In this document: positions 10,602 to 19,189 of the stretch, one piece after another
How positions within the stretch are numbered: the stretch's first letter is position 1
Layout of the letters: each line of letters begins with the position of its first letter
Assembly (NCBI GenBank): GCA_049970175.1
Contig: JBMFNL010000004.1
Span: forward strand, 1,822 to 65,821
From: Chloroflexia bacterium
Lineage (GTDB): Bacteria > Chloroflexota > Chloroflexia > DTKN01
DNA: 64,000 nt
Direction: 5' to 3'
Notes under the pieces: model-generated
Seen by the model: only the letters and a program-made list of their open reading frames with translations
The model's database searches: none
Told to the model about the DNA's origin: nothing
Position numbers and translations under genes: made by a program

Positions 10602-11429
10602 TCAGTTCAAAAGCCATGATGGAGAAAAGTCGGCCGACAGGAAGCGCTGCCAGAAGAAAAAAAGGAGGAGGATAGGCAAAATCATCACCATTGCGCCGGC
10701 CATGAGAAGCGGCCAGGTGATTGGACCCAGTTGATGGAGCAACTGCAGGGCGACAGGCATGGTATACCACTCCGGGCGGCGGATGTACACTACCGGGCTG
10801 GAAAAATCGCCCCAGTACATCAAAAAGGCCAGGACGACCACACCGGCCGAGGCCGGCCGAACCAGCGGCAGGGCGATCTTCCACCAGATCGTCCAAGGGC
10901 TGGCCCCGTCCATACGGGCGGCATCGTAGACCTCGGAAGGAATCCGGCGAAAGGCCCCGTAGAAGAGCAACACGAAGAGGGGGCTGCCGGCCGCCAGGGC
11001 AGGGCAAATCAGCGCTCCGGGCGTATCCACCCACCCCAGCCAGGCCAGGAGGCGGAAGCGGAACACCCAGAGGGCCATGCTAGGCATCATCATCACCCCG
11101 ATGCTGGCCAGGACCAGACTGCGACGCAACCGTTCGGTCAGTTGGGCCAGGCCGAAGCCGGCCAGGCAGGCGTTCAACCAGGTCAGCGGCACGGCCACGG
11201 CGACGACCAGCAGGGAGTTGCCCAGGTATCGTCCCATGGGGAGCAGCCGAAAGAGGGCAGCATAGTTGTCCCAGTGCAGCGACTTGGGCCACCACTCCAG
11301 GGTGGACGCCGGAGGCAGGTCCGGCCGGCGCAGCGAAGCGACGAGCGCCCAGTAGAGGGGCAGAAGGAAGAGCAGGGCGCTCATCAGGGCCAGCAGGTCG
11401 CTGATCCGGAGGTGTCTCCTAAGCCGCAT
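10602..11429 (-). CDS. Sugar ABC transporter permease (MalG-like)
   Basis: Multi-TM protein with the EAA-like loop of binding-protein-dependent permeases. ATG at 11429 is preceded by GGGAGGAAA and overlaps the stop of the upstream permease. Confidence 0.8.
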   Translation of the reverse strand: MRLRRHLRISDLLALMSALLFLLPLYWALVASLRRPDLPPASTLEWWPKSLHWDNYAALFRLLPMGRYLGNSLLVVAVAVPLTWLNACLAGFGLAQLTERLRRSLVLASIGVMMMPSMALWVFRFRLLAWLGWVDTPGALICPALAAGSPLFVLLFYGAFRRIPSEVYDAARMDGASPWTIWWKIALPLVRPASAGVVVLAFLMYWGDFSSPVVYIRRPEWYTMPVALQLLHQLGPITWPLLMAGAMVMILPILLLFFFWQRFLSADFSPSWLLN

Positions 11430-12321
11430 CGGTGTTTCCTCCCAACCCGACCACCAGGTTGAGGATGCCAAAGATCAGCAGGGCCAGGAGCAGGTAGATC
11501 AGGACCAGCATGGCGGAAGCCAGGCCGAAATCACCCAGATCGAACGCCAGTTCATAGACCAGGAGCGGCGCCAAAGTGGTGGCATAGTCCGGTCCGCCAT
11601 AGGTCAACATAAAAGACGGGGTAAACGTGTTTTGCAGGCTGACAACAAGGTCGCGGAAGGTGAGGAGGAGCAGCCAAGGAAGGAGGAGCGGCAGGGTGAT
11701 CTTCCAAAAACACTGCCAGGGGCCGGCCCCATCCACCGTTGCCGCTTCGTACAGGGTGGATGGAATGCTTTGCCGGCCGGCCAGCAGGACCACAAACCCT
11801 TCGCCCAGTTGGAAAAGGGCCATGAGGACGATGGCCAGGTGGGCTGCAGCCGGGTCGGTTAACCAGGCTGGGGCCGGAACGCCGAGCATCTGCAGGAACA
11901 GGTTCAGCGGTCCGGAGACCGGGTTGAGGATCCAGAGCCAGAGCAGGGCGTAGGCGGACTCGGGGATGATGGTGGGCAGGTAGACGGCCGCTCGAAACAG
12001 GCCGAACAGCCTCCGGCGGTGCTGGAGGAGCAGGGCCAGGGCCAGCGCTCCCAGCACGCGTAGTGGGACGGCCATCCCCAGGAAGAGGAGGGTGTTGTAA
12101 AGTGCCCGACGCACCAGCGGCGCGGACCAGAGTTGGCGAAAGTTATCCAGCCCGGTCCAGGAAGGGGGACGGAAGGCGTCGTAATGGGTGAAGGACAGGG
12201 CGAGGGTGGCCAGAGCCGGCAGGATCACCAGGAGAAACGTGCCCGCCAGGTACGGGGAAAGGAACAGACCGGTCTGCAGCCAGTCGCTCCGAAAGCGTGG
12301 TCGCAGGGATGTTAGGGTCAT
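11419..12321 (-). CDS. Sugar ABC transporter permease (MalF-like)
   Basis: Start at MTLTSLRPRF (ATG 12321). The ORF-track entry 11419-13137 is an over-extension. Six TM segments and the permease signature region YEAATVDGAGPWQCFWKITLP. Confidence 0.8.
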   Translation of the reverse strand: MTLTSLRPRFRSDWLQTGLFLSPYLAGTFLLVILPALATLALSFTHYDAFRPPSWTGLDNFRQLWSAPLVRRALYNTLLFLGMAVPLRVLGALALALLLQHRRRLFGLFRAAVYLPTIIPESAYALLWLWILNPVSGPLNLFLQMLGVPAPAWLTDPAAAHLAIVLMALFQLGEGFVVLLAGRQSIPSTLYEAATVDGAGPWQCFWKITLPLLLPWLLLLTFRDLVVSLQNTFTPSFMLTYGGPDYATTLAPLLVYELAFDLGDFGLASAMLVLIYLLLALLIFGILNLVVGLGGNTDAA

Positions 12322-12386
12322 CGGCCTCCATGACCTCAGCAAAGGGCGGGAGGAGGGTTGGCCGGCCTTCCTCCCGCCTGCTGCTC

Positions 12387-15300
12387 CTAGCGGCCCACCA
12401 GCGGCAGGTAGACCTGCCGGTAGGCGATGACGGCCGGCCCGTGGGCGGTCCGCCGGCCGTTCAGGTCCACGTCCTCCAGGGTGTAGAAGTAGGTTTGCCC
12501 CGGACGGGCCGTCGTGTCCAGGAAATTGTAGACCGCCCCCTCGCCGCCCCCCGGACAACAGGAGGGGATGAGGGTGGCGTTGACCTTTTCTCCCTTCTCC
12601 TGGAGGGAGGCGCTGCGGTAGAGGTTGAAGCCGGCATTGTCCTGCTCGCCGGCGGTCTCCCAGGTGAGCAGGATGCCGGAAGCGGCCGGCCGGGCGGCGA
12701 AGGAGAGCAACTTGACGGCGGTGGGGATATACTCCTCCAGGCGGAAGGCATCCACATCCCAGTAACCGCCGGTTTCCTGCGGCCCGCCCAGGGCGCCGCT
12801 GCCGTCGGTGTGCAGGACCAGGGCGATGACCACCACCCGGCCCTTGTATCCGTCCGGAATCAGGATAGGGCGCTCGGCCCAGGTGTCCTGGGAGCCGCTG
12901 TAGGAGGCCAATTTCTGCCAGGTGTTGGCCGCCGCATCGCGAATCCAGACGGTGGCATAGTCGCCGGCGCTGATATTGTAGCGTTCCATAAGCACCAGAC
13001 GGATGGAGTAACCGGGGTTGTTGGGCAGCAGGATATAGGGAGTGTAGAACTGGTCCACCAAATAGTTGGTGTAGCCCACAAAACTCCCCTGGGTCTGGAG
13101 ACGGTAGTAGAAGGGAGAGACGTTGCGCCAGGCCCATTCGCTCTCCCGGGCCACTTCGATCTCGTCCTCATACCAGCCCACCCCGTAAGGAGGACCGTAA
13201 TTCGTGCCGTCGGTCTGGAAACGCAGGCGCAACTGGCCGGTCGTGCTACCGGCATAAGTGCTCAGGTCCACGTTGCCCTCGTAGTAGACCCACCAGCCGG
13301 TATTGTAATCCCCGCTGCGGGCATCCTCCATCGTCCAACAGGAGGTCGTGGCATTCGGCCGGCTCTCCAGGTAGAGGTAGTCGTATCCCGCTTCCGAACT
13401 GCCCCGGAAATGGGTATTGAAGTAGGCCCAGGCGCTCCCCCGCAGGTCCAGGGCCGGCGAGGTCATCTGGTAATCGGCGTTGTTGGCATCGTAGAGGGCG
13501 TGGGCACTGTAAGCCCCGCCCCAGGCGTAATCGGTCGAGCGGACCCACTTCCCACCCGGGTTGACCACCCAGCGGATAGGGTCACCCTCGAAGCAGTCCA
13601 GGCAGGCAAAGCCTTTCTTGGTCCAGTAGGGCGGGTCACCGGCAAAGTCCTGCAGGTAGGTTGCGGGCGAGCCGGAGAGGGTCTCGTAGGAGGTCGTGAA
13701 ACTCCAAACGGCGCTGTCCGAGGCCGAGGTCTGGTAGCCGTCGTCGGCGCGGACCTTCCAGTAGTAGGTCGTGTTGGGGGCGGTATAGTAGGGCAGGGCT
13801 GTGGTGAGGGCGATGGGGCCGCCGACGGTCGCGGCCGGTGGGTTGGTCGTGTCCACGAACCACCAGTAGCGCACGGTGTCGCCGTCGGGATCGGTGGCGG
13901 CGTTCCAGCGCAGCGCGGGGGCAAAGGCGGTGACGGTGGCGCCGTTCGAGGGCCAGGAGAGCGTGCCGATCACCGGCGGGTCGTTGATCGTGCCCAGGTA
14001 GAGGTCGTAATTCGTGTTGCGGTTGTCCACCCACAGAGCGATGGGGTGCTTGCCGTCGGCCGCGCCGCCGATCGGGTGGTAGGCCAGGGCCACGTAGTGA
14101 AAGCCCTCCACCGTGGTGTTGCCATTGGTGTTCAGGGTGTAAGGGGTGCCCAACCAGGTCTGGCCGTTGTTATCCGAGATCTGCAGGCACGTCTGGTTGC
14201 CGCCGTTGACATAGGCCACGCGAACCTTGGCCCCGTTGGCCGAGACGGCCGGGTAGCGCTGGTTGCCCCCGCTGGCATCGACGGTAGTCTCGGTAGAGAA
14301 GGTAGCGCCATCACTGGTAGAATAACGGATATAGATATTGTTGTTGCGCTGGTAAGCCACATAGTGGTACGAGCCGCTGCCATCGCCGTCGGCATAGGCG
14401 GCGCCGGCCTGGGATACGCCGGTGGATGTAGCGCAGTTCGCCCCAAGAGCCCCATAGTACCAGTAGCGCGTGGCGTTGTTGTAGTAGAAGGAACAGGACA
14501 TGTTCGCCGTGCCCACCTGCGTGGTCGGCCGCTCCAGGGGAAAACCGGTAGCATAGAGAAAACCGCCGGACCAGGAAGCGCCGCCGTCGAGCGACCAGAC
14601 GGTCAGCAGGTCGGGCTGACCGTCGCTCTCGAAGGGGACCTGGAACTGGGCGTAAAAGTCGTTCCCGTCGCCGCCGGCATCGGCGTCGGTGCCGCCGGGG
14701 AAGAGGGCGTAGGTGGTGTTCCAGTAGGTGACGCTCCAGGAGGAGACGTCGCGCACGCAATCGGAGGTGGCCACGGCGGCGTACCAGCGCAGGCCGCCGG
14801 CGCCGTTGAAGTAGAGTTCCATGGCGATATACAGTTGGCCGTTTCCGTCCACGGCGATGGTCGGCCGGCGGGCGCTTGCGGTTGTGGAGGCTACGACGTA
14901 CCACAGGTCCCACGTCTTGCCGTTGTTGCGGGACTTGCCGGCGACGGTGGCGTAGCAGGTGCTGCCGCAGCCGGTCGCATAGGGGTACTCAAAGGCGGTA
15001 TAGAGGTTGCCCTGGTTGTCGGCGACGGAGGTGACCCAGCCCGAGTTGTTGGGCAGCCCCTCGACCTGGATGTTGGGAATCGGGGCGACGGCCTGGGGAG
15101 CGGGTTGAGAAGATTCCGGGCCGGCCGGAGAGGGGTTCTCCGGGGACTCGATCTGGACCGCCGTCGCCTCGACCCTGGTCATATCCGCTTCCCGCAGGGT
15201 GATGGTGGCCAGCCGGATGCCGGGGCCGCTACTGCCGGTCCGGCCGGCGAGGAGACCGGGAAGGTTCTGGAAGATCGGGCCGGGGAGGGAGAAGGTGCCG

Positions 15301-17228
15301 GCTGGATCATCCAGGCACTCGGGGGCCTGTTTTCTACCGCTTTCCGGAGGCGGGAGAGGTGGGGTGGGTGTGGGGGTGGGCGAAGGGCCGGGGGTGGGAG
15401 TAAAGGTAGGCGTGGGTGTGGGGGTAGGTGTGTTGGTCGGCGTGGGCGTCGGCGTTGGCGTGTTCGTGGGGGTCGGGGTTGGTGTGGGGGTTGGGCCGCC
15501 GCCGCAGGAGGGGAACTTGAAAGAGCCGATACGCGTCTGCCAGCCAGCATTGCTGGTGGTCTGGTAGTATTCCTGGGTGTACCAGAAGGTGCAATCGTCG
15601 GTGGGGTCAACCTGCATCGCGCTATAGTCTCCCCAGCGGTAGTACGTGCTTGTCTGCGAACCGCTGCCGGCCCGGAGCACCGCCTCAGCCTGAGGCAACT
15701 GCCCCAGGGGGTCTGCGGCCAGTCGGCCGGCATACCGAATTCCCGGATAGACCGAACTGCTGGAGACGCTATAGCCCAGGGCGATGTTTCCCTGTTGGTC
15801 CATGGCGATGCTGCCCATCCATCGGTGGACAGCATCGGGGGAATAGACTCCCTCCTGATAGAGGCTCCAGGTGCCGCCGCTTCTGCGCAACTCGAACCAG
15901 TGGATGCCGGCCAGATCGGCTCCATTCGCGTCCACAGTATGGTTGGTCACCAGGACCTCATAGGTGCCGAAATTACGGTACTGCAAGCGGTACATCAACC
16001 GGTCGGAGATGGCATCCAACTTGACGGTTGTTCCAGGCTGGGGAATGCAGTTGCGGGCATAGCCACACATATTCGGGTCTACGTTGCTTGTATTGATCAC
16101 CTGGTTGGGATTGCCGCTGAGGCCAAAGGTCGAATTGGCAGGCGTGTTCCAATCCACATGGAATTCCCAGATACGGACGGCATCGTTGGGAGGAATCCAT
16201 GCGGAATCATCCCACTCGGCAAAGTAGTTTGGGCTTCCGGTCGGTGGCACGGGGCCATCCAGGTCGCTAGGCAACATTCCCCCGTAATTCGAGTTGACCG
16301 TGTAGAGGTTGAAATAGACCATCTGGGCCGATTGCCCCTGGAGCATCTTGGAGCGCTCAAAAGCGGCCACCCCGGCACCCCGCCACTGCCCCGATCCGGA
16401 GGCAAACTGGTTGGCCGTCATATAATAGCCGTCCGGCCAGACACCGATCTTCGGGTAGTCGTTCATATAGTTGTTCGGCCAGGTGAACTGGTAGCGGTAC
16501 CAGGAGCCCAGCGGATCCGGCGACTGCGAAACGGCAAAGCATTGGTAGAACGGCCCGCTGGGGTAGTTAGGCAGGGCAAACTGGCTCATCACCCAGCGGT
16601 CGGCCAGGGGATCGTAGAGGGTGATGGGGTCGCCGTCGTTCGTGTCCTGGCATGGACCGCCGAAGCCGCTCCACAGGGTGTTGCCGTTGGCCGGGCCGTA
16701 GAGCAGTGTTCCGCTTTTATTCCAGATGGCAAAGGACAGGTTGACCCATTGGATGTAATGATTGGGGCCTACATCTCCCTGGGTATCGGGCGGAAGGACG
16801 CCGTTGACGTTGTTGACCCCCTCAAAGTTCTGAATAGGAGCGGGCATATGGATCCCGCCGTGCCAGTCCTGGAGGATGGCCCGGATTTCGTTCCAGTCCC
16901 CGCTTCCGCCCTGTTTGGGGGGAGGTTCATTCTCCGGCCCTTTTAACACGACCTGGGGAGGGATAGGCGAGATCGAACGCAAAGGAGGGGACAGGTCCAC
17001 CTTGTCCGATTGAACGACGATCGGTCCAAAACTTACTTCCTGGGGGTTTGCCGAAGCGGCCATCGTATCGGCCTGCGCTGCCCCAAACCCGCTTCCGGCA
17101 TACAGGGCTGGGCGGCCTTGCCAAGGGGTATCTTCCGACCCGCGGCCCAGCCAGACGGTCAGCAGCACCACCAGTACCAGCGTGCCCATGCCCAACAGCC
17201 CGCGCACCAGTCTCCACGGATTGTTCAT
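12387..17228 (-). CDS. Giant multidomain cell-surface protein: N-terminal TM anchor, ~550-aa unknown domain, PT-rich linker, BNR/Asp-box repeat region, FN3-like domain, shared C-terminal domain
   Basis: Start MNNPWRLVRGLLGMGTLVLVVLL (GGGAGG RBS). (PT)n linker PTPTPTPTPTNTPTPTPTPT. Asp-box motifs SxDxGxTW: SRNNGKTW, SLDGGASWSG, SDNNGQTW. C-terminal ~110 aa near-identical to the 5461-9000 protein. Confidence 0.7.
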   Translation of the reverse strand: MNNPWRLVRGLLGMGTLVLVVLLTVWLGRGSEDTPWQGRPALYAGSGFGAAQADTMAASANPQEVSFGPIVVQSDKVDLSPPLRSISPIPPQVVLKGPENEPPPKQGGSGDWNEIRAILQDWHGGIHMPAPIQNFEGVNNVNGVLPPDTQGDVGPNHYIQWVNLSFAIWNKSGTLLYGPANGNTLWSGFGGPCQDTNDGDPITLYDPLADRWVMSQFALPNYPSGPFYQCFAVSQSPDPLGSWYRYQFTWPNNYMNDYPKIGVWPDGYYMTANQFASGSGQWRGAGVAAFERSKMLQGQSAQMVYFNLYTVNSNYGGMLPSDLDGPVPPTGSPNYFAEWDDSAWIPPNDAVRIWEFHVDWNTPANSTFGLSGNPNQVINTSNVDPNMCGYARNCIPQPGTTVKLDAISDRLMYRLQYRNFGTYEVLVTNHTVDANGADLAGIHWFELRRSGGTWSLYQEGVYSPDAVHRWMGSIAMDQQGNIALGYSVSSSSVYPGIRYAGRLAADPLGQLPQAEAVLRAGSGSQTSTYYRWGDYSAMQVDPTDDCTFWYTQEYYQTTSNAGWQTRIGSFKFPSCGGGPTPTPTPTPTNTPTPTPTPTNTPTPTPTPTFTPTPGPSPTPTPTPPLPPPESGRKQAPECLDDPAGTFSLPGPIFQNLPGLLAGRTGSSGPGIRLATITLREADMTRVEATAVQIESPENPSPAGPESSQPAPQAVAPIPNIQVEGLPNNSGWVTSVADNQGNLYTAFEYPYATGCGSTCYATVAGKSRNNGKTWDLWYVVASTTASARRPTIAVDGNGQLYIAMELYFNGAGGLRWYAAVATSDCVRDVSSWSVTYWNTTYALFPGGTDADAGGDGNDFYAQFQVPFESDGQPDLLTVWSLDGGASWSGGFLYATGFPLERPTTQVGTANMSCSFYYNNATRYWYYGALGANCATSTGVSQAGAAYADGDGSGSYHYVAYQRNNNIYIRYSTSDGATFSTETTVDASGGNQRYPAVSANGAKVRVAYVNGGNQTCLQISDNNGQTWLGTPYTLNTNGNTTVEGFHYVALAYHPIGGAADGKHPIALWVDNRNTNYDLYLGTINDPPVIGTLSWPSNGATVTAFAPALRWNAATDPDGDTVRYWWFVDTTNPPAATVGGPIALTTALPYYTAPNTTYYWKVRADDGYQTSASDSAVWSFTTSYETLSGSPATYLQDFAGDPPYWTKKGFACLDCFEGDPIRWVVNPGGKWVRSTDYAWGGAYSAHALYDANNADYQMTSPALDLRGSAWAYFNTHFRGSSEAGYDYLYLESRPNATTSCWTMEDARSGDYNTGWWVYYEGNVDLSTYAGSTTGQLRLRFQTDGTNYGPPYGVGWYEDEIEVARESEWAWRNVSPFYYRLQTQGSFVGYTNYLVDQFYTPYILLPNNPGYSIRLVLMERYNISAGDYATVWIRDAAANTWQKLASYSGSQDTWAERPILIPDGYKGRVVVIALVLHTDGSGALGGPQETGGYWDVDAFRLEEYIPTAVKLLSFAARPAASGILLTWETAGEQDNAGFNLYRSASLQEKGEKVNATLIPSCCPGGGEGAVYNFLDTTARPGQTYFYTLEDVDLNGRRTAHGPAVIAYRQVYLPLVGR
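12429..12695. repeat. Direct repeat copy 2 of the ~268-bp segment (see 5508-5775)
   Basis: Same alignment as copy 1. Offset 6.92 kb, same orientation. Confidence 0.85.
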
Positions 17229-17452
17229 CTCGACCTCCCGGCCGATCCAAAACAATCACCGGCCGCGCAAAATGTGCGACGGCCGGTTACGCCACCCGCT
17301 CCACCCGGTCCAGGCGTCCACATGGCGGGCCGGGCTTCATTGCCTCCGTCTGATTCGATTATAAACTTGCCCTGGCTCCCCGTCAATAGGAAAAAAGTAC
17401 CATTTGCGGTAGTACCCTGCGGCCCCCGGAGGCCGGTGGAAAGGCCGGCGAT

Positions 17453-17481
17453 TTGACGCCCTGAAGCCCATCGGGTACAAT
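17453..17481 (+). promoter_or_regulatory. Sigma-70-type promoter (TTGACG-17-TACAAT)
   Basis: Hexamers read directly, with 17-nt spacer. Lies upstream of the FmdB-like gene. Confidence 0.45.
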
Positions 17482-17536
17482 GCGGCGTACCGGGCCGGCC
17501 GGCATCCCATCGGCCAAGCCGCCGGAGGAGACACCG

Positions 17537-17719
17537 ATGAGAAGATGGTACGAATACGTCTGCCTGGATTGCGGCTACGGCGGGCTGACCCGCGACCCCC
17601 AGGGTTACCTCCAGGGCCGCTACGTCTGCCCCCGCTGTGGCAGCCTCCGCTTCGAGGTCTCGGAGCGCGAGGCGGTTCCCCTGACGGACGAGGACGAGGT
17701 GAGCCCGGAGATCGAATAG
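17537..17719 (+). CDS. FmdB-family zinc-ribbon protein
   Basis: MRRWYEYVCLDCGYGG...CPRCGS, two CxxC pairs. Short acidic C-terminal tail. Confidence 0.65.
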   Translation: MRRWYEYVCLDCGYGGLTRDPQGYLQGRYVCPRCGSLRFEVSEREAVPLTDEDEVSPEIE

Positions 17720-17752
17720 CCGTGGCCCGAGAGCATCCGAAGGACGATTCCG

Positions 17753-19147
17753 ATGATCGAAGCCCGTGTGCTGCGCGAACTGCGAAGTATCGTCGGCCGG
17801 GAATGGGTACATACCGAGCCGGAGGACCTCCTCTGCTACGGCTTTGACGCCACCTTCCGGGAGAGCCTGCCCGACGCGGTCGTCTCCCCGGCGACGACGG
17901 AGGAGGTCTCCCAAACCATGCAGGTGGCCTATCGGGAGACCATCCCGGTGGTGCCCCGGGGGCTGGGCAGCGGATTGGCCGGAGGAACCATCCCCATCCA
18001 CGGCGGCATCGTGCTGAACCTGACCCGGATGAACCGCATCCTGGAGATCGACCGGGCCAACATGGTCGCCGTGGTGCAGGCCGGCGTGGTCACCGCCGAC
18101 CTCCAGGAGGCGGTGGCCCGGCACGGGCTCTATTACCCGCCCGACCCCAGCAGTCAGCGCCACTCCAGCATCGGCGGCAACATCGCCTGCAACGCCGGCG
18201 GGCCGCACTGCCTCAAATACGGGGTAACCGCCGACTATGTGCTGGGGCTGGAGGTGGTCCTGGCCGACGGCCGCATCCTGCGCACCGGCGGCAAGACGAT
18301 CAAGCGGGCCGTCGGTTACCGCCTGAGCGACCTCTTCATCGGTTCGGAGGGCACCCTGGGGGTGATCACCGAGGCCATCCTCCGGCTCATCCCGCCCCCC
18401 AAGGCCACCTGCACGGCCATGGCCGTCTTCCCCCGCCTGAACGATGCCGGCGTGGCCGTGACACGCATCCTGGAGCAGGGCATCATCCCGGTGGCGCTGG
18501 AAATTATGGACGATACCACCATCGCCACGGTGGAGGCGCACAAGAAGATGGGCCTGCCGCTGGACGTGGAGGCCATCCTGGTCATCGAGACCGATGGAGA
18601 GCCGGACCAGGCCCGGCGGGAGATCGAAGGGATCGCCGAGATCTGCCGCCAGACGGGGGCCCGCGAGGTCCGGGTGGCGGCCGACGAGAAGGAAGGGGCA
18701 GCGCTCATGGCCGCCCGCAAGTCCGTGTCCCCCTCGCTGGCCCGCCGCCGGCCCAACAAACTCGGCGAGGACATCACCGTGCCTCGCAGCGCCATCCCCG
18801 AAGCGGTCGCCCGCATCAAGGAAATTTCCCGCCGCTACAACCTGCCCATCCCTATCTTCGGCCATATCGGCGACGGCAACCTCCACCCCAACATCCTCTT
18901 CGACCGGCGCGATGAAGAAGAGTTTGCCCGCGTGGAACAGGCGGCCGAGGCCATCTTTCGGGTGGCCATGGAACTGGGCGGCGTCCTTTCCGGCGAACAC
19001 GGCGTCGGCCTCCTGAAGCGCGATTTCATCGAGGAGAACCTGGGACCGGTGGCCCTGGAGGTCATGCGGGCGATCAAGCGGGTGCTGGACCCCAAGGGCA
19101 TCCTCAATCCGGGGAAGGTGCTTCCGGAGGGCGTGGGGGAGAGGTAG
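17753..19147 (+). CDS. FAD-linked oxidase (GlcD / D-lactate dehydrogenase family)
   Basis: FAD-binding PCMH domain motifs: PRGLGSGLAGG, VVLADGRILRTGG. C-terminal FAD-oxidase_C region: HIGDGNLHPNI, GEHGVGLLK. Confidence 0.8.
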   Translation: MIEARVLRELRSIVGREWVHTEPEDLLCYGFDATFRESLPDAVVSPATTEEVSQTMQVAYRETIPVVPRGLGSGLAGGTIPIHGGIVLNLTRMNRILEIDRANMVAVVQAGVVTADLQEAVARHGLYYPPDPSSQRHSSIGGNIACNAGGPHCLKYGVTADYVLGLEVVLADGRILRTGGKTIKRAVGYRLSDLFIGSEGTLGVITEAILRLIPPPKATCTAMAVFPRLNDAGVAVTRILEQGIIPVALEIMDDTTIATVEAHKKMGLPLDVEAILVIETDGEPDQARREIEGIAEICRQTGAREVRVAADEKEGAALMAARKSVSPSLARRRPNKLGEDITVPRSAIPEAVARIKEISRRYNLPIPIFGHIGDGNLHPNILFDRRDEEEFARVEQAAEAIFRVAMELGGVLSGEHGVGLLKRDFIEENLGPVALEVMRAIKRVLDPKGILNPGKVLPEGVGER

Positions 19148-19189
19148 GACGCGGGGCCCGGGAGGCATAGGGGACGAGGAGCGGGGAAG

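Noticed and set aside
11419-13137. 572-aa merged ORF spanning permease and upstream region
   Set aside because: The first 272 codons are Arg/Gly/Pro-rich nonsense overlapping the 3' end of the surface-protein gene. The real MalF-like permease starts at the internal ATG 12321.
15330-15500. Regularly spaced short GT-rich repeats (ggtgggtgtgggggtgggcg...ggcgtgggcgtcggcgttggcgtg)
   Set aside because: This is not a CRISPR array. It is the reverse complement of the (Pro-Thr)n linker coding sequence inside the 12387-17228 gene. There are no unique spacers and no cas genes.
12297-16946. 1549-aa plus-strand ORF
   Set aside because: It is antisense to the BNR/FN3 surface-protein gene, is a low-complexity G/A/V/R-rich translation, and shares the repeat only because it overlaps the duplicated DNA.
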